Shown: positions 36,601 to 49,693, numbered from the stretch's first letter. The stretch: DNA of 64,000 nucleotides from Vitrella brassicaformis CCMP3155 (GCA_001179505.1 CDMY01000372.1:33296-97295), one strand, 5' to 3'. Made by a program: numbers and translations. The notes: generated by a model not told the origin, from the sequence alone.

Positions 36601-36745
36601 GCGAGGGCGGGTGCATGGGTGGCTGCGTGCTCGTTTGTCTGTTGCATTGGTGCGGGCTGCTAGCCTGTGTTTGAGGGGCGGGAGGCAGTCATGGCGTGGT
36701 GTTGGGGCGATGGACGGGGCTGGGGTGTTCTCATCGGATGAGTGA
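33626..36745 (+). mobile_element. 5'-truncated CRE-clade non-LTR retrotransposon (RT, CCHC knuckle, restriction-like endonuclease)
   Basis: Intronless ORF with RLLALDKCPGVRPIGVGEVLMR, QLCAGQKGGVEAAIH, LGDATNAFNTLSR, SQEGTTQGDPMAM and QVWFADD. It then carries CPGC-x7-H-x3-C and RTDLVIRGVW..FDVCVTN. The C-terminus PLVVTVHG..RARLSVALVRAASLCLRG ends after the gap at 36745. Confidence 0.92.
35536..36190 (+). repeat. 407-bp-period internal tandem duplication in the retrotransposon nuclease region
   Basis: ctaccgcccacccaacctcccc.. starts at both 35536 and 35943. The second copy has several substitutions and runs into gap 36191..36490. Confidence 0.85.
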
Positions 36746-36838
36746 GCGTGCCCTTTGTGCATAGGCATATGTGGATAGATTCATGGAGGCGATTTGGACA
36801 AGCGAGTGCATGGATGCCATCTGTCAATGCTCTTAGTA

Positions 36839-37431
36839 TTTGGGGGCGTCTCCGTCTCATCGCGCGAAAATCTCGCCGGTTGAGATTTCCGTCCAGGCGC
36901 TGGCAGCGCTTGAGAATACGCGCTGAATTTCAAAACAGACACAGGCTGAAAGGCACAGTGAGGCCACTCCATCACCTCGCCCAAGACACATTACACACGA
37001 GGCAACACACACTTGCTCACCGGATGGAGGCGGATTATGCGAGAAGAAGGTGTGTGCGCACTCGGCAGGCGCCAGGCAGTCGCCAGGCGTTCCACAGAAG
37101 GCAGGGCACCGCCAGGCGAGGCCTCGCTTCGGGCACGGTGGTGGAGGAAAACGTGGCGGGTGACATCCGGACGAGTTGGGAGGGGTAGAGGGAGATGGGG
37201 CAGACAGCACAAGCCAACAACCAGCCCAGAAGAAAAAGAAACGGAGGATCCGTGGCCGAAATAAGGCAGAAGAGCCAACGTGGAGAAGAATGTGGAAAAA
37301 CCTGCAGAGGTTCCGCGGAAAACTTTTTGGGGCGTCTCCCGTCTCATCGCGCGAAAATCTCGCCTGGTTGAGATTTCCGTCCAGGCGCTGATACGCGCTG
37401 AAAGACAGACACAGGCTGAAATGCACAGTGA
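36839..37431. repeat. Pair of about 110-120-bp direct repeats (36839..36961 and 37326..37431) around a unique spacer
   Basis: Both copies read tttgggg(g)cgtctcc(c)gtctcatcgcgcgaaaatctcgcc(t)ggttgagatttccgtccaggcgctg..atacgcgctgaa..acagacacaggctgaaa(g/t)gcacagtga. Confidence 0.9.
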
Positions 37432-39409
37432 AGGACGAAGAAGCATGAGAGTCCAGCATGCTCTGCAGAGGCCATATGCGCGTCGTGTGCGTGTGTACGT
37501 CTCTTGCTCACGAGGGAATGGAGGCAGCTCTCAGCGTGAAGAGCGGGAATCCACCAGCCACCGTCGTACGTCCACCGTATCGCCGTGCACTGTGACCGAC
37601 ACGCCCGACCCCTCCGCACACAAACGTGACGGTATCGATGGCCGCTCAGAATGGGACACTGACACCCCTGGCTGTTGCTCCTGCTGAGGGGTGGAAGATA
37701 CAGAGTGATTAGTCCTCACCGGCGCACTGCCGTCATGCAGTAGCTGGACAGCCATTGAATGAGGAAGAGAAGATGATTATCATCGACGGCCCCCGTCTCT
37801 GTGGGCTCGAAAAATCGGCACCGACATCTCTGCCGTCCTCTGGCTCGTCTCCCATGATGTGCACTGCAGGAGGACATGCATCCCTGCCTTCTAGAGTGGA
37901 CAAGCAAGGAAAGAAGACGTCGACACTCGCTCGATGGCCGTTTCTGCAAAGCACTCGATGACCCGGCCAATAAGGGCATCAATCTGCCCGCCGACATGGG
38001 TGTGTGTCTGTCTCTGTCTGTGTGTGGCTGGCCGGACGAAGGCGTGATGTCTGAGATGCGCGTGTTTGGCTGCAGAGAGGCTTCATTTCACCCTGAGCAA
38101 CGCAAACGTGCAACGGGTCGATGGCTGTCTCTGTCTCCTCATCTCACTATCAAGCAACCAATCGGACCTCTGCACTCATCGACTCACTCGCACACACAAA
38201 ACTCGTTTTTGCGCACGGATGCAGACTAAGAGAGAACCAGAGCATCAGCCGCACAACCCCTGTCAGACACTGAGGACTATGCCTGTGCGTGCGGCTCTTC
38301 CTTCTCTTCTGCGCATTTGCTAAGCATGGCTGGCTGACTTCGTGTAGATACGTGCATGGGCCGTATGGGTACATATGTACGGTACCGACTTTCTTTCTCT
38401 TGTTCGACGTCAAAACTCTCCCTCCCTCCCTCCCACAACCTCAATTCCCCCCCCCCCCCCCACCCCCNNNNNNNNNNNNNNNNNNNNNNNNNNNNNNNNN
38501 NNNNNNNNNNNNNNNNNNNNNNNNNNNNNNNNNNNNNNNNNNNNNNNNNNNNNNNNNNNNNNNNNNNNNNNNNNNNNNNNNNNNNNNNNNNNNNNNNNNN
38601 NNNNNNNNNNNNNNNNNNNNNNNNNNNNNNNNNNNNNNNNNNNNNNNNNNNNNNNNNNNNNNNNNNNNNNNNNNNNNNNNNNNNNNNNNNNNNNNNNNNN
38701 NNNNNNNNNNNNNNNNNNNNNNNNNNNNNNNNNNNNNNNNNNNNNNNNNNNNNNNNNNNNNNNNNNNTCCCCCCCCCCCCTCGACACCCACACACGGCCA
38801 TGTGACGGCAGCTGTGGATGTACGCAGGCATGGCCTTCGCCTAAATGATTGAGGCGAAGTGCTGTCCTGTGGCCACCGCAGCATGCCCAACACACATGGC
38901 ACGAGAAGCCAGTCAGTCAGTCAGTCAATCGCACCATTCAGTGATCGAGGGGCCGCCGATGTCTTACACAAAACGCACGACATAGTGACTAAAGTGGTAA
39001 GCATACGACCAGCTCAGCACGGTGTGGGAAGACAGACAGACGACAGACAGACAGGCGGCGGCGCAGCCATGCCATGAGAGTCACTTGAAATCGGCCGTTC
39101 CCCATGCACAAAAACAAACTGGCGGCCACACACTGGAGTCCAGGTCAGAAGGCCTCCCCTTTCCCCAGTCCAACATCAAGCCAGCACAAGCGAGCCATCT
39201 TGCCTCAGACGCACTCACGCACCCACAGGAATACACCCATTCATGATCGAACAGACACCCATACCGCCCCGCCACACAGACAGCATGTTCAGTACCGAGA
39301 TGGTCCAACATGAAGCAAGGCAAGGCAAGGGAGGCACACCCAATGAGAAAACTCATCAAATCCCGTCAGACCCTCGAGGCTACACGCCTTCCGCCCTGTC
39401 GACCACACG

Positions 39410-42276
39410 CTATCCATCGACTCCTCTGTCCCGCCGCTGATTTGTTTTTACAGCCAACCTCCTCCTCGTACGGTTCGAGGAGGGGCTGCCCGTGCACGTG
39501 CTGGCAATGCTCATTCTTGAGGGTGACATTGTGTCGAAGGTGGAGGGCTTGAGTGGCTGTTTGGATTGGGGAAGCTCCTCGTCGCGTGCGGTGATGCGCT
39601 CCAGGGTCGGGATGAGGGAGTAGCGGCACAGACCCTCTAGGTAGTCTTTGCACCACGGCTCCCTGACAGACACGCACAGAGACAGAGAGAGACCCATACA
39701 TAGCAATGGGTCGGCGCCTATGGGGCCTAGTGCATACCAGTCGATGTTCTCCACGTCGAGGGGAAAATCTGGCTCATCATCTCCTCGGGCAAGCTGACTC
39801 ATCTGCACATCAGGAGAGATTGATGCAACCATCAGTGTCTGTCTGTCTGTCTTTCTGTCTGTGTTGTGGTCGCGTGCCTTGTCGGTTTTGAAAGTCCACT
39901 GGTTGCAGATGAAGGGGTGCAGCAGCTTGAGCACGTTCTGTCGACGCCCCAGGAATTTGAACAACTTGGACAATTGTCTCCCTTGTGACGGCAAGACACC
40001 ACTCAGCCGCGCCGCAACTGAGTGGCCGACCACAACGGCCGCATCGTTCATCGCCTGATCATGGTAAGGCAGAAGGACGTCCTTTCGATTTGACTGATGA
40101 TTGTCCGTCTTATGTACATGCAGGACGGCGTATCTCTTCGAAGATGCACACCACTTGACCACAAGCCGAGGACCTGGTAGGCACAGGACGAAAGAGACTG
40201 CCTGCCTCTCTTTGTATGTTCTCTTTGTATGTTGGTTGAGGGAGGGCAGGGGTACCAATCATGTATTTCTTCGGGATTCTGTTTTGGGAGTTTTGCTGTG
40301 TGATGGCCTTCACAGCATGGCGGGCCAGCTCATTCCTGCACACAGGAAGACACACACACCAGCCACAAACCGACACACGCATGCAGACGGACGGATGCAG
40401 GTGTGTCGTGAGGGTGGCTGCTGACCATGTGATGGGGTTCGTATGCGACGACGCCACATGCATGACCTCCAAATGACCAACACGGCCTGCATACAATGGA
40501 GGGATGGATAGACAAGACACAAATGGTATGCAGTTTGTGTGTGTCAGCATTTATGCACCTGCCATTGCCACAGCGCCCTTGATGATCGCCGATGCCACGT
40601 AATCCGACGGGATCACATCACCTACACAAACGCACGCAGGCACAACAGAGAATGGATGAGTACACAGAGCACAAGAACAGCCTACCGATGGCCATGCCGT
40701 CGCTGGGCAGCCTGAGGGAGCCGCCAAACGCTCCGACGGCGACCAATGTACCAAAACCCTGGGGAGCGTACGTCCATCCTTGGAATGGTGTCTTGTATGT
40801 GGAGCCGATGATGGAGGGGCGGACAATGAGGGTGGGCATGTCGCCGTGCCGCGAGTCGATGAGGTGCTCGGCCAGGCACTTAGTGAAGGTGTAGTGGTTC
40901 GGGTGACCGTAACGCACTACACACATGATGGAGATACAATGGCATGTTGGTTGCGCCACCAACCAGCCCATCCACCCCGCCCCGCCCCGCCCACCTCTGA
41001 GCTGTTCTGCCAGCCGTTCATGCTCCTCGCCGGTCGTGCGGCCCAGCTCACTGAACGTATGCTGCACACAGACAGACAGACAGCACGTCAGTCAGGATTT
41101 CCGCGTCAAGCTTGACTGTGTGGCCTGCCCACCCCACCCACCTCGTGATCGATGTCTGACTCGTAGAGCTTCTCCTCAATCACACCGCTGATCGATACAT
41201 AACGTCAGTCACATGAGGCCCATTGACGTGTGCCTGTGTTTGCCTCACTCACGAAGTGTGTGCTTTGCTTGCCTTCTGTTTGAGTTGGCGTATGCAGTGG
41301 ACACGTGGACAAAACACCCCGACGACCGGACGCCCTCACACGACATGGCCTGCATGACACACAAGTACGCGAAATGGGCGAACAAACCAATAGCCACACA
41401 TGCTGACTGACTGGCTGACCAGTTGCATCACGCGCAGGGCTCCGACGACGTTCTGGTCGAAGAGCTGCGGGAAGGGGTCCTCAAAATTGATGCTCGCCGC
41501 GCAGTTCACCACCACTGACGGACGGACGGATGGATCAGACAGACACAAGCAGATAGTCAATGTGCTGATGTGGTCAATCCGATCTTCCAAGGTACCGTAC
41601 CTGTGACATTGGCCTTGAGTGTCTCATGGTCCCTCTCAGAGAGACCCAGGTACTCCTGACGATACACACACACGACAAACACGCACACAGAGATGCTCAC
41701 ACACTACGGACAGACACGGGTGCAGCACAGCTCGTGCCGTGGTAACGAGCGCACCTTTCGCAGGTCTCCTTCGATGACGTGAATCCCAAATCCATTCAGC
41801 AGAAGCTCCTCGTCGGACTGTGTCGACGATTGGGGAGATCGACAGCCGCCCCCGTCACCACCACCATCATCATCACTGGCCGTGCTATCGTCGCTGTGTG
41901 CCTCGCCCTCCTCGTCACGCAGCCCTTTGTGCAGGGCCGCGAAGAGGGGCTGCTGAAGCAAGTCGATGATGCGCTGGGTGCTGGAAGCCTTCGGGGTGGA
42001 GCGGGTCAGCAGATACAACCGCCGAGGGGGCGCACACCGCAGCAAACGCTCCAGGACCACCTGTATGTACACAGATCGATTAACGCACAAACCATCACAG
42101 ATGTGACAAATGCTCAGATAGAATGATGCACACATAGGAGTGATGCCACCCCCAGTGATTCACTCCCGCACCTGTCCCACAGTGCCCGTCACGCCGAGAA
42201 GAAGTACAGATTGGCCCCGGAAGAACTCTCTCGTCCTCTCTTTTCGACTCCCTGTGACGGGTGTCGAGTGCTTCAT
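39410..42276 (-). CDS. Fatty acyl-CoA reductase (male-sterility/NAD_binding_4 family)
   Basis: EFFRGQSVLLLGVTGTVGQVVLERLLR, VVNCAASINF, FVHVSTAYAN, PNHYTFTKCLAE (YxxxK), IVRPSIIG, DVIPSDYVAS and the C-terminal NIDW..YLEGL motif. Confidence 0.88.
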
Positions 42277-42674
42277 GATGCCGCCCACCCCTCAGGGCAG
42301 TGCTCTCCCCTCACTGGAGGGACTTGAGAAGGTGTGTCCGCCGTCTTTCGCAGCAGCTGCATGGACAGGACACACAGAGCACGGATCTCGAGTGTTCTAT
42401 TCGAAATCTGTCTTCAGTGCCAACCAGGTCGTCTAAATTGCGTCGTTTGCAAGGAATCTCCCTCCCGCCACTCCACGCCTCGCGCGCTATAGCTCGCGAT
42501 TTTTGAGTAGGGGTGATGAAATGGCGCCCATATTATAGATGCAGCTTGACGTGAAAAGCGTTGAGAAGCCCCGCTGAGAAGCCCACGTTGCGGGAGTTGA
42601 GATCTATTCATAGCCTTCGCCCATACGAAGGCTGATGGCTGCCGTGGGGAAACTGAGAGCCCTGTTCGAGCGCA

Positions 42675-45600
42675 ATGCTGGGGTCCCTTCGAGTGCCCTC
42701 GGCCCAGAAGGTTTCCGCCACCAGCAGAAGCAACAAGGTGCAACCATGCTGGCCACCAACATATGCACTCACAGGCACTGATTGTGTCTGTCCCGTGATG
42801 GTTGCTGCAGCCCATCGTGAGAGGGAGGAAGACGCGAAGGCTCGCGAGAAGCTGCATCATCCGAGCTCTAACGAGAGCCTGGTGTGCAAAACAGCACACT
42901 GCCACTCCCAGGTGATGTGTCGCTCTGTGGGTCTCTCAATTCAGGAGCTGCGTTTCCTTCGCATCTCGCGCAAGCTTCACTCGTCCAAGACCGCGTCCAG
43001 CAGCGCAGCAGCAGGAGCCTCGGGCGACCCCCCGGGCCTGTGTGGTTTGGATGGCGCACTGGTGTGGGCGATGACGTCCTTTCTCCCCCTGATGCAGCGG
43101 GTGCCCCTGTCCGCCGTGTGCCGCACCATGTACAGCAGGACCACCGACACGGCAGCCGGCATCTGCCGTAGCCTTACCGTAGATCCGTGGGATCATCACA
43201 GGTGGAGGGCGATCGAAGAACTTGTTGACGACACAGACTGTGACTCCGACTGGGTGAGGGAAGAAGGCAAAGATGCACACTGACCTGATCGATGGCCAAG
43301 CGCTTTGCTGCCTGTGTGTTTCCTCCTGTTGCAGATGTTGGATTGGTGGCATAGGCGGGGCGAGACCAGAAAGTTGGCGAAGCATGAGGCCATTCAGGGA
43401 CTCAAGAAGCGACTGGTGGGTGGTCAGCAGTACACACAACACATATCTACTCATCTGTGTTCGCCTGTCTACAGATGCGGCTGCAGACGGTCGACACAGG
43501 CGCCGGTGCCTGCCCCAGGGCCACGCTCACACACGTGACCATCGGCGGCGAGTGCGGTAACGACGTCCACCGTGACGTGAAGCGACGCCGCCGCCGACGC
43601 GGCGAGCCGTTGGTGTTTCCGATCCTGGAGACGCTCGATGTGGTCGACAACAGCTTCATCCAAATGTGCAGGTAGGTACAATGTTTGTATGCATGTGCCA
43701 AGAGAGCGAACGGTGTCGGTGTCTGTGTGTACACTCAGGCATCGCCGTTGGGCCTTCCCGACTCTGAAGACGCTGCGAGTGGGACTCGTGTGTGGGAATG
43801 AGTCTCACTATCGTATTCCCCAGTACTATCCTGTTGAGGATCTCACTGCCGCCCTTGTGCACATCGTGTCGTCATCGCCCGCACTCACGTCGCTCGAGGG
43901 CGACGTCATCGATATTCCCGCCGACGAGAGCCAGTGGCATGCACTCACCAAGGCCCTCGCTAGGTGCCCCCGCCTCACGAGCATCAAGGGCCTGACGCTC
44001 CTTGACACCAATTATGACACTCTGGGGAAGCTCAAGGCCGCACTCGACACACACTGGTCGAGCTACTACAGGAGGGGTAGGTCTGCTGCGGGCTGTGGGC
44101 TGGGAGATCCAGATCCATGCAATGCGAAATGTGCTCGTGTTCGTGTTGTGTTTCAGGCGTGCTCAAGACTATCACGTTCCACCACCGCTTCATACTGGGT
44201 GCGGCCGTGTCCAACAGCTTGACCGACCTGCTCACATGGGCGCGGGGGGTGGCGTGCACCATTGAATGGTTGCCACGCACCGACGATCGCTGCTATGACG
44301 ATCCATTGATGGATGACTTCGATCCGGAGGAAGACGAAGGTGAGCGACTCATCCATGAGTTTGTCGCCGTGACGTCTCTGGGTATGCACTTCAGGGACCA
44401 AGGGCTGGGACGACATGGTGATGGACTGCAGCGCCGACGTGCCTTCGCCCCCGCCCGCGCCCCGCGGCATCGGGGCAGCGGCCATCAGAGAAACTGCCAC
44501 CAAGTGCACCATGGTACGTATGTCGACCAAGGACAGGCAGGCAGGCAGGCAGGCACAGGTAATCATCAGATGGATGGATGTCTGCCTGCGTGTGTGGGTG
44601 CATGTGTGCAGGTGCGCTTGTCGTTCGGAGGTTCGCCGCTACACGACAGCTGGCAGGACGTGTGCGATTTCCCCCGTGTCACACACTTCGCCCTCGAGCA
44701 GTCCGACTACAGCGTACCAGTCGGCAAGCTGGCCGGCAGCGTGCCCCACTGGCTCAGCCAGACCACAGCTGACGGCAACAATCGCTTCCTGCCGGCTGTA
44801 GAGCATTTTTGCTGCAGTATGGTGTGTCGCTCCGCTGCTCGCTTCGCCTCTCGCCTGCCCACCAGCGATCCTGAAGTCCACGACCTTCGGGCGCTGGTGG
44901 GCAGCCTGAGGCGAGTGACCCACGTGTACCTAAGGGCTTCGTCTCTGAGGGACATGGCCGTGTGCCTGTCTTTTTTCTCATCCCTGCCGCACCCCTTAGA
45001 CCACGTTGAGCTCGATTTCGAAAGAGAGGCAGGGGAGCTGGCTGACGGTCACGAGTGTGAGGCTCTCGGCCTGACCTTCCCTCAAGTCGATCGCATTCAT
45101 ATCCGACACAACGCATCCACTAGCTGTCCCGGCGAGTATGAGTGCGGCCCTGGTTTGAGCAAGGCACATATGCGCTACCTGCTCTCTCTTGTGACGTCCA
45201 TCCGTGCCAACAAGGTGTCTGTCGCTGTCGATATGCTCGCCGATGACCTGGTGTTTGGGTCACTTATGGGCGACGATTCGTGGGACGGGTCAGACGAGCT
45301 GTTTCAGTGGGAGGGAGAGTCCAAGTCAGAGGGGGCCCTAGACAGAGAGGCCACAGAGGAGCAGCACGTCAGCAGTAGACGTCGCAGCCTCTCTTGGCAA
45401 CCTGACTTGACCACATGCATCGCACACTCAGAGAGTGACAGGCCAGCAGAGGGGCAGGGGCAGCCAGGCGGGAAGGAAGATGCTGGTGGCGACGCAGGTG
45501 AGTGCTCACAGGGCTCACTGGGGGAAGGGGCGGGGGAGGACGATGCATCTGATGATGGGTGCCAAGTGCTCGAGGCTGCTGTGCGTGCCTTTGGCGAGGA

Positions 45601-45763
45601 ATGCCTGAGTTTAGTCAGTGGCACATACGAGGGTAGCAATGAGGCTTTTCTCCACTGGCCGTGGGCCTCGGGGCCGGGTGACAGCCAAGTACGGTTTCCC
45701 GAACTGTCGCTGCGTCTGGTGCTCAAGGAAGAGAAAAGGCAGAGGGAGGGAGAGGTCGGGTGA
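42675..45763 (+). CDS. Hypothetical F-box-like/LRR-like protein, probably from a lineage-expanded family; start uncertain (42675 or about 42817)
   Basis: F-box-like segment LDGALVWAMTSFLPLMQRVPLSAVCRTM, LRR-like segments FPTLKTLRV and ALARCPRLTSIKGL, and a long terminal exon to 45763. The assignment is tentative. Confidence 0.55.
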
Positions 45764-46707
45764 CTAGCTAGGTGTTGGAGGATGTCTGCAGGTGGGTGCA
45801 TACACTTCACTTCACTCAGTGACTACTGATTTATTCAAGTCTGACCCATCCATCCAACACAGTCTGACGACACCCAGTAAGGCACTACGGATGGGGAGAG
45901 ATCATGCCATTTGCGTGTGTGTGCTGGTGTCTACACGTGGCTGGTGGGTGGAACGGTGAGTGCGTGCGTGGCCACGTTTATCGACTTATCTATCGACCAG
46001 CTGACTTCCGTGTGTCTGTCGTGTCGATGCATGTGTATGTGCATCGGTATCGACATACGTGTTAATTAGTGACTGTGAAGCCGTGCACGCGATCCATCAA
46101 TCCAGCCATTGTACGCAGGGGGGGCTGGCGACCACGTACGAGCACACGCAACACACACAGGCAGAGAGACAGAGAACACAGTTGACACCATGCACACACA
46201 GACAATCCCTCCACGCATCACGCTGGCATCCCTTCCCGCACACTTCACAATCGGGGCACTGAGAAATCCTCACTGTGTTGCCCAGCTTGCCCACACGTGT
46301 GACAGACACGAAGACACAAGTACAGAGCTGCGGACACACTCGGACAAATACAAACAACTGACAGAAACAGACGAGCGAGACGCCACGCCATGCAAAACAG
46401 TCACACCAATGGCATCCATCGCGCACAGACACACGAACCAGTCAGTACAGATGGACATGTATGTATGTATTTAGTTGCTATGGTCGTGGATAAGACTGTC
46501 CACGGCGAGGAACAGATATGCGATGGACAGCCCCGCCAGCCAATACACAGAACGAATCGGAAACGAGTTGTTGATCGGGTGCGCAAACGACTTGGTTGTC
46601 GAATCACACGCTGCACATCAAAACACACAGAGACACACACGCAGCCAGAGAGAGAGAGAGAGAGAGAGACGTGCCCACCCGTGTCGTCGCACTTCTGCTG
46701 CCTACCT

Positions 46708-49583
46708 TTACTGACATTGTTCAGGCTGCTGGCCGACAAACATGAGGTCTGAAAAGGCCAGCGATGTGCCGTTGTTGAGGGCCTCCACAACATAATAGTA
46801 GCAGGGCAGCTGTGGCAGGCCGTCGACAAGGGGGAAAGACTCCTCGAACCGCGTTTTGTTGATGCTGGTGATCAGCTGCAGCAGCTCTTTGCTCTGCGGC
46901 AATGATAGCCGCGTCTCGCTGCCGTACACATTCCAGCTCTCAATGTTTGTCACGCCATTCCACCTGGGGGACAGAAAGACGTGCAGGTGTGTTGAGAGGT
47001 GAGAGGGGGGGGAGCATTCTTACGAGAAGTGGAGTTGTGGGTGTTTGAGTGTCTCCTTGGTGTTGAGCATCAGCACTGGAGGCTCCTCTGACCTCCCCCA
47101 CCACGCAGCTCTGCTACATCCATCACGCACACACACGCACATAGAGATGACTGCACCCACCCATCCGTCTGTCCGTGTCGGCCTCTCACCGTGATGCCCG
47201 GTATGAGTTTTCCTTTGCCACGAACTCCAGCTCCATCATCACCTCGCCATCCTCAGTCACCTCCGACATGAAGGGCAGCTTCTCCGGCCGCCCGACCCCT
47301 CCCCAGCAGATGACACTGTTGCCGTTGGGCAGCCGCTGAAGGCCTCCGGTGGCCATGCCGAAGCGGTCGGGCGATGAGCGATGCTCCCACACCTTCGTCG
47401 CCACCTGATCAACGCCACAACACTGCATGTGTGCAGGAGTCTCTGTGGCTGGCTGTGTGTTGGTCACCTTGTTGACTTGATCGAGCTCGTACCTGGGGAA
47501 GGGGAGGAGAGAAAGACGTGAACAGAGGTAGGTTGTGTGTGTTGTGTTGGTGAAAGCGAATGCTCACTCCACGGCTCGCGAGTATTGGGGCTCGGCGAGA
47601 TTGCCGTTGTCGAATATAGTCAAATGTCCGTTATCCAGAATGCGGGCGTCATGTTGGTGGCTGAAGGGCCGGTCCTCGTTGGTGAACGTCCACTCGTTGG
47701 CATCGCCACCGAGCCGCCACATGGTCTCTCCTGTCCAGCGGCTCACCTGACCCACAACAAATACAGACAGTCGATACAAACACGGCAGAAGGAGGGAGGC
47801 GTCGTTCCCTTACCTTGAGGATCTGCTCGAGATGTCTCAAAGACATGAGGATATGGCCGTCTGGCGTCCAGTCGACACTGTTGAGGTGGATATGATCGCA
47901 GTAGCCCTTATCTAGCTGATCGACGGCTCTCGTCTCGGTGAAAGACGATGGCAGGTGGTCCCATGATCTCCATTCCCACAGCACATTGCCGCTGGGGTCT
48001 ATCTCCTGCACCACCTGCCCCACCACCTGCGAGCGCTCCCTTTTCTTGCTGATCATCGTCACGTCCATCTTCTCCTCAGCGTAGATGATGAACAGCTGCG
48101 AGCCGTCCTCTCGGATCTGCATACCGTGCCCGTTGGCCCAGTAGCCGTGGCCTGGGTGCAGCACTCTGCTGCTGCGGTAGTGGTGGTCGATCTCCACATA
48201 GGCCTGCTTGCGTGTGTCGTGGTAGGTGAGCAGGCCGTTGCGCTGCTTCCTGAAGTCTATGAGCGACCAATCGCTGGTCTTGTTGAGGGCGTGGTACCAG
48301 ATGATGTCTCCGTTGTCGTCGAATATGGTCAGGAAGCCCACGTAGGTGTCCTCGGGCCACCGGATGTTGCTTGCGAAGATGTAGCCCTCTCCCAGGGCGT
48401 CTTGTCTGCCCTGCCTTGCCGCGCGGTTGTTGGCTCGGACGTGAGGGAAGTCGGATGGGATGGTGATGTAGTCTTTGGTCATCACTTCCCACTCGTTCTC
48501 CTGTCCTTGCCCCATTGTGACCATATCGCCCACTATCGGCCGGTCATCATGCTTCATGGCTGCGAAGGTGTGGGCGAACATGCTGTTGTGCTCCGCGAAA
48601 GCCGCACGCTCTCTCTCGCTGTCACCGCTGTCATCACTCGCGTCATCGGCAGATGGCCTGGCAACCAGAGGCCGAACGTTCTTGGTCTCTTGCTGCTCCT
48701 GCTGCTTGCTGGTGACCATCTCATAGCCGCCCCTCTTGCTGAACCGGTATGTCTTGATGGCCTTGGGCGACACTTGGAATCCCCATGAGAATGCCGCAGT
48801 TGCCTTGCCATACTTCGGTCGTATGCCCGGCTTGACAGTGACGTCGACCCACTCGCCTGGGGTGAGCTTCCCGTTCGGGTAGAAGAGCAGCGTCTTTGCA
48901 TCATCACCCAGCACCAGCTCACCCATCTGCTGGCCCGACTGCTTGCCCACCACGCGAATCTGGCCGGCCGTGTAGCTGTCCTGAAGCAGGGTGGCCCCGT
49001 GCCTGACGGCGATGCTGGTGAGGGGCGACACGAACTTGGCATTGGGCATGGGATGGATGTACTCGAAAGAGCCGTAGAGGCCATCCATGCCCCGCTCCTT
49101 CGCGTCCGTGGCGACGGGCGGCGGGGCGAGCACCTGATCCGATGGTAAAAGGGCACCAGTGTCGATAGGTGGGGCCTGCTCCTCTTCGGTGGCGGCCATC
49201 TGACTGTCGTTGGCGACGCTGATTTTTTCGGGGACGTCGCTGCCTGTTCGGTCCTCTATTGCTTCGACGGCCTCCCTCTCCTGCTGATCGGACGCTGCAT
49301 CCTGCTTCTCCACTAGGTTTGCCACCTGCTGCTTCTCCTTCTCCGCAGCCATCTCCTTCTGCCGAGTTTGCTGTGCGATTTGGTCGAGCACCAGGCTGGT
49401 CGCCTCGGGAGGCTTGGGGAGGTCGCCATCGTCGAGGCGTCGCGGGGTGCTGCAGTTGGTAGTGTCGAAGCCCTCTGTGAGGTCACAGGCGGCTGCGTCC
49501 TCTGCCGCCTTGAGATTGGGAGGGGGGGCGGCTGAGAGAAGCACGACGAGGAAGGAAAGGGGTAGACCGCCTCGCACCACCAT
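46708..49583 (-). CDS. Secreted arylsulfate sulfotransferase (ASST family) with an N-terminal Ig-like domain
   Basis: Signal peptide MVVRGGLPLSFLVVLLSAA. ASST motifs LWEWRSWDH, DHIHLNSVDWTPDGHILMSLRH, FSHQHDARILDNGHLTIFDNG, GGLQRLPNGNSVICWG, SYRA and SWNGVT. The Ig-like segment is HPMPNAKFVSPLTSIAVR..TLLFYPNGKLTPGEWVDVTV. Confidence 0.85.
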
Positions 49584-49693
49584 CAACAATGCTGAAAAGA
49601 AAACGAAACGCTTTTCTTAGGGCTCCCATTATTTCATCCCTAGCGATCAAGAATTCCAAGTCTACGTGTACACATGCAACAACGTCTACATAC

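Noticed and set aside
36842-36897. GGGGGCG...GGTTGAGATTTCC..CGTCCA resembling a tRNA or SINE B-box
   Set aside because: Only about 55 nt, with no cloverleaf and a poor acceptor stem; no tRNA can be supported.
36839-37431. Repeat-spacer-repeat pattern as a CRISPR array
   Set aside because: Eukaryotic context, only two repeats, lengths far outside the CRISPR range, and no cas genes.
37450-39400. Short ORFs between the direct repeats and the FAR 3' end
   Set aside because: No coherent exon chain, and a gap interrupts the region.
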